A DNA stretch of 46,494 nt from NCBI GenBank assembly GCA_042216675.1, contig JBDGTS010000030.1:1-46494 (forward strand), in the 5' to 3' direction. Below are positions 9,084-18,522 of the stretch, piece by piece (the first letter of the stretch is position 1; each line of letters opens with the position of its first letter). The DNA is from Halobacteriaceae archaeon (GTDB lineage Archaea; Halobacteriota; Halobacteria; Halobacteriales; Halobacteriaceae). The position numbers and the translations under genes were made by a program. The notes below the pieces were generated by a model. It did no database searches and was not told where the DNA came from. It was given only the letters and a program-made list of their open reading frames with translations.

Positions 9084-10316
9084 ATGCTCCTGTTCGGCGC
9101 CCGGGTGTTCGTCGCGCCGGGCACGGCCGCCGCGGCGCTCGCCTTCGTCGCCGCCGGTGTCGCTCTGGGCACCGCGAGCGGCCTCTGTCCCGGCCTCCAC
9201 GTGAACAATCTCGCCTTGCTCCTCGCGGCGGCCGCACCGTCGATTCCGGGGCCACCGCACCTCGTCGGGGCGACGCTCCTCGCCGCCGGCGTCGTCCACT
9301 CCTTTCTCGACGTGGTGCCCGCGCTAGCACTCGGCGTCCCCGACGCGTCGATGGCCGTGACGGCGCTCCCCGGCCACCGCCTCGTCATCGCCGGTCGCGG
9401 ACGCGAGGCAATCCGGCTCTCGGCGCTCGGGAGCGCCGCCGCCGTAGCGCTGGCCGCACCCCTCGCCGTGCCGATGACCCGCGCGATGGCGACGGCGTAT
9501 CCCGTCGTCGAGGCTCATCTCTCCGTGGCGCTGGGGTGCGTCGTCGCCTTCCTCGTCCTGACCGAACGCGGGACCCGCGCCCGCGCCGGCGCTCTCTGCT
9601 CTCTCGCCGTCAGCGGCGCCCTCGGACTGGTCGTGCTCGACGCCGACCCGACGAGTATCCTCCCGACGGGCGACGTGTTGGCACCGCTGTTCGCGGGCCT
9701 GTTCGGCGCGCCGGTCCTCCTCGACGCGATGGACGGCGGTGGGGTTCCGCCGCAGGGCGGCCCGACGATCGTGGCCGGCCGGCGCTCGGTGGGCCTCGCG
9801 GCGGGCGCGGGCACCCTCGCCGGCGCCGTCGTGGCCTACGTGCCCGGCATCTCGAGCGCCATCGCCGCTGCGGCGGCCCTCGCGGGCCTTCCGGACGCCG
9901 GCGACAGAGAGTTCGTCGTCGCCACGAGTGGCGTCAACACGGCGAACACCATCTTCGCGCTGTTCGCGCTAGTGTCACTCGGCTCGCCCCGGACCGGCCT
10001 CCTCGTCGCTCTCGACAGGGCCGCGGTGCCGCTGAACCTGCCGCTGTTGCTCGTCGCGATAGCACTGGGAGCGTGTGCGGGCGTCGCGGTGATGCTCCTC
10101 GTCGGTGACCGGTATCTGGCGGCCGTCGGCCGTCGCGACTCCGCTCGGGTGTCTCTCGCCGTCCTCGCCCTGTTAGTGCTTCTCTCGGCGCTGTTCGCGG
10201 GCCTCCTCGGCCTCGGTGCCTTCCTCGCCGCGACGCTCGTGGGCCTGCTTCCGCCTCGAACGGGCGCCCGGCGCGTGCATCTGATGGGCGTCCTCATCGT
10301 TCCGCTGGCGCTCTAG
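9084..10316 (+). CDS. Archaeal tripartite tricarboxylate transporter permease (TctA/DUF112-like)
   Basis: PGLHVN, HSFLDVVPA..LGVPD, LPGHRLV..GRG.EA, PLFAGLFG. Very hydrophobic. Confidence 0.8.
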   Translation: MLLFGARVFVAPGTAAAALAFVAAGVALGTASGLCPGLHVNNLALLLAAAAPSIPGPPHLVGATLLAAGVVHSFLDVVPALALGVPDASMAVTALPGHRLVIAGRGREAIRLSALGSAAAVALAAPLAVPMTRAMATAYPVVEAHLSVALGCVVAFLVLTERGTRARAGALCSLAVSGALGLVVLDADPTSILPTGDVLAPLFAGLFGAPVLLDAMDGGGVPPQGGPTIVAGRRSVGLAAGAGTLAGAVVAYVPGISSAIAAAAALAGLPDAGDREFVVATSGVNTANTIFALFALVSLGSPRTGLLVALDRAAVPLNLPLLLVAIALGACAGVAVMLLVGDRYLAAVGRRDSARVSLAVLALLVLLSALFAGLLGLGAFLAATLVGLLPPRTGARRVHLMGVLIVPLAL

Positions 10317-11281
10317 AGCCAGTCCTCCCGGCGGAAGTAGGCGAGCAAAATGGCGGCGACGCCGAGCATCCCTAGCAGGGATGCCGGGTAGGCGTAGCGC
10401 CAGCCCAGTTCCGGCATCGTCTCGAAGTTCATCCCGTAGATACCGGCGACGAACGTCAGCGGCAGGATAATCGTCGCCACCACCGTCAGGCGCTTCATCA
10501 CCTCGTTCGTCGACATCGAGAGGACGTTGAGGTAGATGTCGCGGGCGCCGCTGGTGAGGTCCCGGTACGTCTCCGCGAGGTCCACCAGTTGGACGAGGTG
10601 GTCGTACACGTCGCCGTAGTACTTCTCGGTGGTCTCGTCCACGTAGTCCGGGTCGCCGCGGGCGAGGACGCCGATGGCTTCCCGGGTGGGCCACAGTAGC
10701 TTTCGCACCGAGAGCAGTTCGCGGCGCGCGTGGTTGATGGTGACCAGCGTCTCGTGGTCGGGGTCCTCGACGACGTCCTCCTCGATGGCCTCGATGCGGT
10801 CCTCGATGCTGTCGAGGACGCCGAAGTAGCCGTCGACGAGGCCGTCGACGATGCGGTAGGCCGTGAAGTCCGCGCCGCGGCGCATCAGGCGGCCGTCCGC
10901 CCGGTGGACCGCCTCCCACGCCGCGTCGACGGCGGCGGGTTCGGACCACGAGAGGGTGACCAACCAGTCGTCGCCGAAGAAGACGCCCACGGGTGCTTCC
11001 GCGAGTTCCTCCTCGAACGACGTCTCGCCGCGGGTGAGGTTGCCGCCCTTGACCAGCAGAAACGTGTGGCCGTCGAACTCCTCGACTTTCGGGCGAACAC
11101 CGTTCTCCACGTCCTCCACCGCGAGTGGGTGAACGTCGCAGATGTCGGCCACCCGTTCGCGCTCCGCGGGCGTCGGACCCGTCACGCGAATCCACGTCGT
11201 ACCCGACTTCTGGAACGCCGCGTCCGGGTCGGCCACCGACTCGACGCCCTCGGGCGTGTACACGACGGACTCGACCGTCAC
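10313..11281 (-). CDS. corA: Magnesium/cobalt transporter CorA
   Basis: HPLAVED, RPKVE, DVYDH, NEVMKRLT, LPLTFVAGIYGMNF signature. Confidence 0.93.
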   Translation of the reverse strand: MTVESVVYTPEGVESVADPDAAFQKSGTTWIRVTGPTPAERERVADICDVHPLAVEDVENGVRPKVEEFDGHTFLLVKGGNLTRGETSFEEELAEAPVGVFFGDDWLVTLSWSEPAAVDAAWEAVHRADGRLMRRGADFTAYRIVDGLVDGYFGVLDSIEDRIEAIEEDVVEDPDHETLVTINHARRELLSVRKLLWPTREAIGVLARGDPDYVDETTEKYYGDVYDHLVQLVDLAETYRDLTSGARDIYLNVLSMSTNEVMKRLTVVATIILPLTFVAGIYGMNFETMPELGWRYAYPASLLGMLGVAAILLAYFRREDWL

Positions 11282-11436
11282 TGTTCGGCCCTCGCGCTGA
11301 CGGCGACGAGCGTGATGCCCACCATCACGCCCGTGACGCTGAACGAGCGCCCCGGATACTGCTGGACGACGCCGAGGGCGTAGCCGGCCAGCGACGCGAC
11401 GGTGAGCGCGGCGCCCGCGACCCGCGTGCGATTCAT
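11278..11436 (-). CDS. Small 2-TM hypothetical protein coupled to corA
   Basis: MNRTRV...GY..GV...YPGRSFSVTGVMVGITL. The stop overlaps the corA GTG. CTTATG TATA-like element about 25 nt upstream. Confidence 0.65.
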   Translation of the reverse strand: MNRTRVAGAALTVASLAGYALGVVQQYPGRSFSVTGVMVGITLVAVSARAEQ

Positions 11437-11474
11437 GCTCCTCCGCTCGCGGCCCGCGGGCATAAGGCTACGGC

Positions 11475-12950
11475 TCAGAGGCGGAACGTCGGTCCCTCGT
11501 CGGTGTCCTGCACTTCGACGCCCAGCGCTTCGAGTTCGTCCCGAAGCGCGTCGGCCCGGTCGTAGTTGCCGGCCTCCCGTTCGCGCTCCCGCACGTCGAG
11601 CAGGAGTTCCACGATGTCACCGGCGACGCCGACGTCGCTCTCTCGCTCCCGGCCGAAGGTGAATCCCAGCACGTCGCCCCCCAGTTCTTCGAACGCCGCG
11701 ATGGCTCGGTGGAGGCCCTGATAGTCGTACTCGTCGCGGGCGTCGACGTGCGCGTGGACCGTCGAGGCGAGTTCGAGGAGGGGCGCCATCGCGGCGCGGG
11801 TGTTGAAGTCGTCGTTCATCGCCTCGGCGAATGCGTCGCGGGCCGTGGCGACGCCCTCGCGCAAGTCGTCGTCCTCGACTTTGGTGCGTGCCGCCTCGCT
11901 GTCGGCGGCCTCGACCGCCCGTTCGTGGGCGCGTTCGAGCGTCTCCCAGCGTTCGACGGCCTCGCCGATGGCCGATTCGGAGTACGTCTGTCGGCTGTCG
12001 TAGGCCGTCGAGAGCAGGAACATTCGCACGGCGTCGGTGCCGAACGTCTCGACGGCGTTCTCGACGGTGAAGTAGTTCCGAAGCGAGGACGACATCTTCT
12101 CGCCCTCGGTTTCGAGCAGGCGGACGTGGACCCAGTAGCGGGAGAACTGCTCGCCGGTGGCGGCCTCGGCTTGTGCGATTTCGTTCTCGTTGTGCGGGAA
12201 GACGAGGTCCTGCCCGGCGACGTGGACGTCGATTGTGTCGTCGAGGTGCGTCGTGGACATCGCCGAGCATTCGATGTGCCAGCCGGGCCGTCCCTCGCCC
12301 CACGGGGAGTCCCACGTCTCGGCCGTCGCGGCCGCCTCGGCCGCGGGCGCGGCGTCTTCGTGACGGTGTTCGGCGATTTCCTCGGGGTCGACGCCGCCGG
12401 CTTTCCAGAGCGCGAAGTCCGCGGGGTGGCGCTTCTCGCCCCGGTCCTCGCCTTGCGCTTCCATCTCCGTGACCTCCTGATTCGAGAGTTTGCCGTACTC
12501 CTCGAACTCGGTCACGTCGAAGTAGACGGAACCATCGGCCTCGTAGGCGTACCCCTCATCGACCAGCGCCTCGATGAGGGCGATGATTTCCGGAACGTGT
12601 TCGGACACCCGCGGGTACACGTCGGCCCGCAGGAGGTTCAGCGAGCGCATGTCCGCGATGGTGTCGGCGACGTAGGAGCGCGCCACATCGGCCTCGGAGT
12701 CGCCGTCCTCGCCGACGCGGGCGACGATTTTCTCGTTCACGTCGGTGAAGTTCTCGACGTGGCGGACGCCGTAGCCCTCGTGTTCCAGCCACCGGTGGAT
12801 GACGTCCGTGTGGACCCACGTCCGCGCGTGGCCGAGGTGGGCGCGGTCCGACACCGTGAGCCCACAGAGGTAGAGGAGAACGTTCTCGGGGTCGCTGGGC
12901 TCGAACGGCTCTTTCTCGCCCGTGAGCGTGTTCGTGACCTCAAGCGGCAT
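11475..12950 (-). CDS. cysS: Cysteine--tRNA ligase
   Basis: LCGLTV, HLGH (HIGH), [46 protein letters not shown]. Confidence 0.95.
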   Translation of the reverse strand: MPLEVTNTLTGEKEPFEPSDPENVLLYLCGLTVSDRAHLGHARTWVHTDVIHRWLEHEGYGVRHVENFTDVNEKIVARVGEDGDSEADVARSYVADTIADMRSLNLLRADVYPRVSEHVPEIIALIEALVDEGYAYEADGSVYFDVTEFEEYGKLSNQEVTEMEAQGEDRGEKRHPADFALWKAGGVDPEEIAEHRHEDAAPAAEAAATAETWDSPWGEGRPGWHIECSAMSTTHLDDTIDVHVAGQDLVFPHNENEIAQAEAATGEQFSRYWVHVRLLETEGEKMSSSLRNYFTVENAVETFGTDAVRMFLLSTAYDSRQTYSESAIGEAVERWETLERAHERAVEAADSEAARTKVEDDDLREGVATARDAFAEAMNDDFNTRAAMAPLLELASTVHAHVDARDEYDYQGLHRAIAAFEELGGDVLGFTFGRERESDVGVAGDIVELLLDVREREREAGNYDRADALRDELEALGVEVQDTDEGPTFRL

Positions 12951-12992
12951 ACGCCCCCCTACCGCGTCGGGGTGGTTTAAACCACCGAACCC

Positions 12993-13472
12993 TCACGCGG
13001 GCACCGCGTCGAGCGCCGACTCCACGGCCCGGAGCGCCGACGCGCCGTCGCGCTCACCCACGACGACCAGCAACGTCCCGCCGGCGACGCCCGCGGCCGA
13101 GACGGACACCTCCGCAACGGCGAGGCGGTCCAGCACCGCCGAGAGCGCCGCCGCGTCAACGTCGCCAGTGGCGATGACGGCCGTCTCGTCGCCCGCGTCG
13201 GCCGCGAGTTCGACGCCGCCGACGGCGAGCAAGGGGTCAGCGTCGCCCGTTCCGACGCCGCGCTTCATCCGCACCCGGGCGTCGCGGACGTCCGTCTCCC
13301 GGTCGGGCAACTCCTCGGCGAAGCGGCGAAGCGCCGTCGCCACCGCGTCCGGGTCGCCCGCCACGTCGAGGAAGCGCGCCGCGGCCGCGTAGTTGCAGAC
13401 GCCGGCCCGGAGCGCCGCGAGGAGAAACGGGTGCGCTCGGGCCGCGTCCCGCGTCCGTTCGGCGAGTGTCAT
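12993..13472 (-). CDS. Conserved hypothetical protein (N-terminal HTH-like, C-terminal ACT-like)
   Basis: PFL..ALR.G..NY.AAARFL...AVATALRRF N-terminus, beta-alpha-beta C-terminus. ATG at 13472. Confidence 0.6.
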   Translation of the reverse strand: MTLAERTRDAARAHPFLLAALRAGVCNYAAAARFLDVAGDPDAVATALRRFAEELPDRETDVRDARVRMKRGVGTGDADPLLAVGGVELAADAGDETAVIATGDVDAAALSAVLDRLAVAEVSVSAAGVAGGTLLVVVGERDGASALRAVESALDAVPA

Positions 13473-13549
13473 GTCCGACTCTGCGACGGTGCCCCTCAAA
13501 AATCCCGCGTCCCGGAACGCTTTACAGCGGTCCCACCGACGACTCACAC

Positions 13550-14044
13550 ATGCGCGTTGGCATCCTCTCCGACACCCACGACAACGTCGAGGCGATTCGG
13601 GCGGCGACCGATCTGTTCGCCCAGCAGGACGTGGTCGAAGTCGTCCACTGTGGGGACCTCGTCGCCCCACCCGTCGTGGACTTCTTCGAGGGGTTCACGC
13701 TCCACGCCGTCATCGGCAACAACGACGGCGAACTCGACGGACTGGACCGCGCGATACGGAGCCTCGGCGGCGACAGCGCCCTCCACGGCCGCTTCGCGGA
13801 CCTCGAATTCGACGGCGTGCGCGTCGCGGTCCTCCACGGCGAGGACCGGGACCACGTCGAGGAGGTGGCGACGGGCGACTACGACGTGGTCTGCTACGGC
13901 CACCACCACGAGGCCGAGCGACACGAGGTGGGCGACACCACCGTCCTCAACCCCGGCGCACACTTTCCGACGGTTCCCGACTCCGAGCGCTCGGTCGCGG
14001 TCCTCGACACCGTCGCCGAAGCAGTCGAGTTCCACGACCTGTGA
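13550..14044 (+). CDS. Metallophosphoesterase, YfcE/MJ0936 family
   Basis: SDTHDN, HCGD, GNND, HG, GHHH, LNPG motifs. ATG at 13550. Confidence 0.9.
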   Translation: MRVGILSDTHDNVEAIRAATDLFAQQDVVEVVHCGDLVAPPVVDFFEGFTLHAVIGNNDGELDGLDRAIRSLGGDSALHGRFADLEFDGVRVAVLHGEDRDHVEEVATGDYDVVCYGHHHEAERHEVGDTTVLNPGAHFPTVPDSERSVAVLDTVAEAVEFHDL

Positions 14045-14095
14045 GAACTCGCCGGCGACGAAGTGCCTAAGGCCGCGGCTCCCCGACCCGGGAGT

Positions 14096-14923
14096 ATGCA
14101 GGCCCTCGTCGTCGCGGCACACGGCTCGCACCTCAACCCCGGGTCGAGCGACCCCGCGTTCGCCCACGCCGACCGCGTGCGCGAGACGGGCGCGTTCGAC
14201 GAGGTGCGCGAGGCGTTCTGGAAGGAGGAACCGTCGGTGCGCGAGGTGCTCCGCACTCTCGACGCCGACGAGGTGTTCGTCGTCCCGCTGTTCGTCAGCG
14301 AGGGCTACTTCACGGAGCAGGTCCTGCCCCGGGAACTCAGACTGGAGGGGTGGGACCCCTCGCTCTGGGACTCGGACGGCACTGACGCCGACCACGCCAC
14401 CCTCACCGCGAGCGACACCGGACAGACGGTCCACTACTGCGGCCCGGTGGGTACCCACGACGCGATGACGGACGTGATTCGCCGCCGCGCCGAGACGGTG
14501 ACGGGGAACCCCGACGTGGGTCCCGACACGGGCCTCGCCGTCGTCGGGCACGGCACGGACCGCAACGAGAACTCCGCGAAGGCCATCGAGTACCACGCCG
14601 AACGACTCCGCGAAGAGGGCCGCTTCGCCGAGGTGAAGGCCCTGTTCATGGACGAGGACCCGGAGGTGGACGACCTGACGGACTACTTCGACGCTCGCGA
14701 CGTGGTCCTCGTGCCCCTGTTCGTCGCCGACGGCTACCACACGCAGGAGGACATCCCAGAGGACGTGGGCCTCACCGACGACTACCGCGAGGGCTGGGAC
14801 GTGCCCGCCGCCGTCGGCGACCACCGCGTCTGGTACGCCGGTGCCGTCGGCACCGAACCGTCGCTGGCGTCTGTCCTCCTCGAACGGGCCCGCGACGCCG
14901 GCGCACCGGTCGGGGGTGCCTGA
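14096..14923 (+). CDS. cbiX: CbiX/SirB-type sirohydrochlorin chelatase (two-domain)
   Basis: AHGS, VVPLFVSEGYF, GHGT, VPLFVADGYHTQEDIP. Confidence 0.82.
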   Translation: MQALVVAAHGSHLNPGSSDPAFAHADRVRETGAFDEVREAFWKEEPSVREVLRTLDADEVFVVPLFVSEGYFTEQVLPRELRLEGWDPSLWDSDGTDADHATLTASDTGQTVHYCGPVGTHDAMTDVIRRRAETVTGNPDVGPDTGLAVVGHGTDRNENSAKAIEYHAERLREEGRFAEVKALFMDEDPEVDDLTDYFDARDVVLVPLFVADGYHTQEDIPEDVGLTDDYREGWDVPAAVGDHRVWYAGAVGTEPSLASVLLERARDAGAPVGGA

Positions 14924-14924
14924 G

Positions 14925-15965
14925 ATGCGCGCCGCCGACCGCGCCCTCGACGCCGGCCACGTCGACTGCGACGGCCTTCGCGTCGTGGACGCGCACTCGG
15001 GATACACCGTCTCCGTGGCCGGCGAGACGCACGGGCGCCTCGACAGGCGCGCCGCCCACGAGATGCTCGTGGCCCACCCTGACTATCTCACGAACTGGGC
15101 CTACTGGCGCGACGTGGGGGGCGACGCCCGCCGCGCGTTTCTCCGGTGGATAGAGGGCGCCGACGAGCGGCCGGTCCCCGAGCGATACGAGGCCCTCCGA
15201 GAGGGAGTGTCCCGCGAGTGGGGCCAACTCCGAATCACCGCCGAACTCGCAGACGCCGGAGAGCGCCGGTACGAACTCCGGCACGTCGACGACGCTGACG
15301 CGCCGGCCGAGGCCCTCGACAGTTACGACGACCCACTCGACGCGCGCGAACTCGTCGAGACGGACGAGAACGGGCGCTACCGCCCGCTCAAGACGGCGCC
15401 GACGCTCGCCCGTGGCTGGCGCTTCGCGGACCTCTCCGGCGCGGCCCTCTACCGCGCGGTGGACTTCATCTACCCGGCGACGGTGCCGAACTGGCACCGA
15501 GAGCGCGAGGGTGCCCTCGACGTGACCCACTGGCGCGCGGCCGCCGACCGGCAGACGGGTATCTACAGCGTCGTCTCGGACCTCTCCGACGAGCAGGTGC
15601 GGTGGCTCGCGGAGGCGTGCTGTGTCGACTCGCAGTGTCTCAAGCGCCGGAAGTGGGACCTCGACGCCGACGAACCCTTCGACGTGCCACGCGGCGACGG
15701 CGCTTTTCCCTGCCGCGAACCCTGCTCGCTCGTCGTGGCTGCGGCGCGCGAGGTACAGAAGATAGACGCCGAGGAGACGCGGACGTACACGCTCGAACTC
15801 ACCCCCTCGGAGCGGGAGGGGTTGGACGAACTGCTCGACGCCGTGGCCGAGGGGCGCGTCGACGAGGTGCGGGAGGCCGACTTAGACGCCGGCGCGAATC
15901 GCTATCGGGCGCGCTACCTCCGCGCGAAGCGTGCGTCGCTGGGTCAGGATACGACGAGCAGGTAG
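14925..15965 (+). CDS. DR2241-family protein (Cys-rich, putative Fe-S)
   Basis: GRYRPLKTAPTL..GW, RQTGIY, CC.DSQC...PCREPCS. Starts 1 nt after the cbiX stop. Confidence 0.75.
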   Translation: MRAADRALDAGHVDCDGLRVVDAHSGYTVSVAGETHGRLDRRAAHEMLVAHPDYLTNWAYWRDVGGDARRAFLRWIEGADERPVPERYEALREGVSREWGQLRITAELADAGERRYELRHVDDADAPAEALDSYDDPLDARELVETDENGRYRPLKTAPTLARGWRFADLSGAALYRAVDFIYPATVPNWHREREGALDVTHWRAAADRQTGIYSVVSDLSDEQVRWLAEACCVDSQCLKRRKWDLDADEPFDVPRGDGAFPCREPCSLVVAAAREVQKIDAEETRTYTLELTPSEREGLDELLDAVAEGRVDEVREADLDAGANRYRARYLRAKRASLGQDTTSR

Positions 15966-16486
15966 GCCGCAACGGCGATGCCGACCACGACTGCGGTGAC
16001 GCCGATGGCGACGCCGACCCCTTCGCCGACGGCGCTCACCGCGGCGACGAACAAGCCGACGGCGACGACGGCGGCGATGGCGACGGGCGCCGACTCCGCG
16101 TCGAACGACGAGCGCTCGGGTGGCTCCCGGTTCGGTTCTGAGAGCGTCTCGTCGACGGCGACCGTGGGCGCTTCGGTGACCGTTATGTCGACGCTGTCGG
16201 ACTCCGCGCCGTAACTGGTCATCACCTCCAAGGTGCCCGTGACGGTGCCGAAGGAGTCGTCCACCGCCACCTCGATGGTCCGGACCGTCTCGCTCTCGAC
16301 GTAGTGATTTCTCGCGCGGAGGTCGACCACCGACGCGAGTGCGTCGTCGACGTGGAGGTGGACGTGGGCCGGCGCGCCGTGGTTGTGAATCGCGAGTTCG
16401 AAGGTACCCGTCGTCTCGAAGGCGTCCGCGACGCTCACGGACTGGGGCTCGTCCCGGCCGAGATGGACCGCGAGCGTATCTGCCAC
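15944..16486 (-). CDS. Conserved haloarchaeal protein: beta-rich N-domain plus two C-terminal TM helices
   Basis: NHG.PAHVHLH.DD.L...NHYV motif, acidic composition, C-terminal hydrophobic hairpin. GTG at 16486 inferred. Confidence 0.65.
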   Translation of the reverse strand: MADTLAVHLGRDEPQSVSVADAFETTGTFELAIHNHGAPAHVHLHVDDALASVVDLRARNHYVESETVRTIEVAVDDSFGTVTGTLEVMTSYGAESDSVDITVTEAPTVAVDETLSEPNREPPERSSFDAESAPVAIAAVVAVGLFVAAVSAVGEGVGVAIGVTAVVVGIAVAAYLLVVS

Positions 16487-16518
16487 ACGTGAACTGTAGC
16501 GAGACGGACCAAAAAGGT

Positions 16519-16713
16519 TCAGGCCGAGGCGTCGTCGCGCATGTCCGGCGGCAGGAGGTTCGGGATGCCGTCCTCGATGGGGTACGTCTCGCCACACTCC
16601 GTGCAGGTGAGCGTACCCGTCAGCACTTCGTCGTCCTCGCGCGCCGTCGCCTCGAGTTCGAGGTCGTGTTTGTCCAGCGGACAGCAGATGACGTCCATCA
16701 GTGACTCCTTCAT
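16519..16713 (-). CDS. trm112: Methyltransferase activator Trm112
   Basis: MKESLMDVICCPLDK...L.C.ECGE.YPIEDGIPNLLP. Confidence 0.9.
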   Translation of the reverse strand: MKESLMDVICCPLDKHDLELEATAREDDEVLTGTLTCTECGETYPIEDGIPNLLPPDMRDDASA

Positions 16714-16756
16714 ATCTCCCGCGACGGCGGGGGTCCGCAAAAGGGTGACGGGTGAC

Positions 16757-18073
16757 TTACTCCGCAAAGGGGTTGCGCCGGACCACCGTCTCCTCGCGGC
16801 CCGGACCGACGCCGACGGCGACGGCGTCCGCGTCGAGTTCGGCCTCGAGGTACGCCACGTAGTCGCGTGCCGACTCGGGCACGTCGTCGAGTCGTTCGAC
16901 GCCGCCGGACATCCAGCCACCCTCCGGCCAGCCGTCGAACGTGCGGTACTCGGCCTCACAGCGGGCCCACTCCTCGGTGGTGGCGGGCATCGTCTCCAGC
17001 GACTCGCCGTCGAGGTCGTACTCGTGACAGACTTTCACCTCGTCGAGGCCCGCCAGCACGTCGAGGTGGTTGATGGCGAGACCGGTGAAGCCGTTCGCGC
17101 GCGCGGCGTGACGGAGCATCGGCATGTCCAGCCAACCGACGCGGCGGGGGCGCCCCGTGACGGTGCCGTACTCGCCGCCCTCCTCGCGGATGTACTCCGC
17201 GAGGTCACCGTCGAGTTCGGTGGGGAGGGGGCCGGTTCCGACCCGCGACAGGTACGCCTTCACGATGCCGACGACTTCGCCGTCGCCGACGACGCTCGGG
17301 CCGACGCCGGTGCCGACGGCCGCCCCGCCGGCCGTGGGGTTCGAGGAGGTAACGTAGGGGTAGATGCCGTGGTCGATGTCGAGTGAGGTGCCCTGTGCGC
17401 CCTCGAACATGATGGTGTCCCCCGCCGACTCGCGGTCGGCGAGGAAGTCGCCGCAGTTCACCGCCATGTCCTCGGCGTCGAGGCGGCGCCCGAACTCGCG
17501 GTACTGCTCGTAGAGGTGGTCAACGTCGAAGGCGTCGCCGACGTCGGCGTCGAACACCGTCTCCGCGATGGCGCGCTTGTAGGGGACGACGTATTCCAGC
17601 CGCTCGCGGAGGACGTCCGGGTCGAGCAGGTCGGCGACGCGGATGCCCCGCCGGCCAGCCTTGTCCTCGTAGGTGGGGCCGATGCCGCGGCCCGTCGTGC
17701 CGGCTTCGAGGTCGGAGTCGCTCTTGAGGGCTTCCTCGACGCCGTCGAGTTCGCGGTGGTACGGCAGGATGACGTGGGCGCGCTTTGCGACGCGGACCTC
17801 GGGGTCGAGGCCCCTGTCGCGCAGGTCGTCGATTTCCTCGAACAGCGTCGACGGGTTGACGACACAGCCGTTGCCGAGGACGCCCACCTTGTCGCGGACG
17901 ACGCCGCTCGGGACGAGCGACAGTTTGTACTCCGTGCCGTCGTGGACGACGGTGTGCCCCGCGTTGTCCCCGCCCTGATACCGCACGACGACGTCGGCCT
18001 CGTCGCCGAACAGGTCGACGATTCCGCCTTTGCCCTCGTCGCCTAACTGCGAGCCGACGATAGTGACGTTCAT
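16757..18073 (-). CDS. purA: Adenylosuccinate synthetase
   Basis: QLGDEGKG, RYQGGDNAGHT, GTTGRGIGPTY, EGAQG, YPYVTSS, TVTGRPRRVGW. Confidence 0.97.
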   Translation of the reverse strand: MNVTIVGSQLGDEGKGGIVDLFGDEADVVVRYQGGDNAGHTVVHDGTEYKLSLVPSGVVRDKVGVLGNGCVVNPSTLFEEIDDLRDRGLDPEVRVAKRAHVILPYHRELDGVEEALKSDSDLEAGTTGRGIGPTYEDKAGRRGIRVADLLDPDVLRERLEYVVPYKRAIAETVFDADVGDAFDVDHLYEQYREFGRRLDAEDMAVNCGDFLADRESAGDTIMFEGAQGTSLDIDHGIYPYVTSSNPTAGGAAVGTGVGPSVVGDGEVVGIVKAYLSRVGTGPLPTELDGDLAEYIREEGGEYGTVTGRPRRVGWLDMPMLRHAARANGFTGLAINHLDVLAGLDEVKVCHEYDLDGESLETMPATTEEWARCEAEYRTFDGWPEGGWMSGGVERLDDVPESARDYVAYLEAELDADAVAVGVGPGREETVVRRNPFAE

Positions 18074-18222
18074 AGGAGAATTCGGCCCGCGCTACGTAAA
18101 ACCGGTTACGGTATGGCCCCCGTTCTCCGAAGATTTATAAGCGCGTCAAGGGTGTCTCCGAGTAACGGGTCGTCGCGGCGACAGCAACCTTTAAATGCCG
18201 GCCGCACGAGTTAACATGTGTC

Positions 18223-18522
18223 ATGATAGACCGGCTTGAGAAGGAGGTCGACATGCTGGAGCGCCACTTGCAGGTGCTCCGGATGGTCATCGAGAACGAG
18301 CCCATCGGCATCGTCAAGATGTCGAACGAGACGGGCTACCCACATCACAAGGTCCGCTACTCCCTCCGCGTTCTGCAGGAGGAGGAGCTTATCGAGCCAT
18401 CGAGTCAAGGTGCCATCACGACCGAGCGCACCGAGGAGTTCGTCGAGGACCTCGACGAGAAGATCGACTCCATCGTCGACAAGCTCGAGGACATGAAGAT
18501 CGCGACGGCCCCCGAGGCCTAG
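18223..18522 (+). CDS. Winged-helix predicted transcriptional regulator (COG3388-like)
   Basis: RHLQVL...EPIGIVKMS.ETGYP.HKVRYSLRVL. CTTTAAAT TATA at about 18189-18197. Confidence 0.75.
   Translation: MIDRLEKEVDMLERHLQVLRMVIENEPIGIVKMSNETGYPHHKVRYSLRVLQEEELIEPSSQGAITTERTEEFVEDLDEKIDSIVDKLEDMKIATAPEA

Noticed and set aside
9084-10316. TctA-like permease without TctB/TctC as a novel transporter
   Set aside because: Orphan TctA homologs are normal in archaea and commonly follow rpl12 in haloarchaea.
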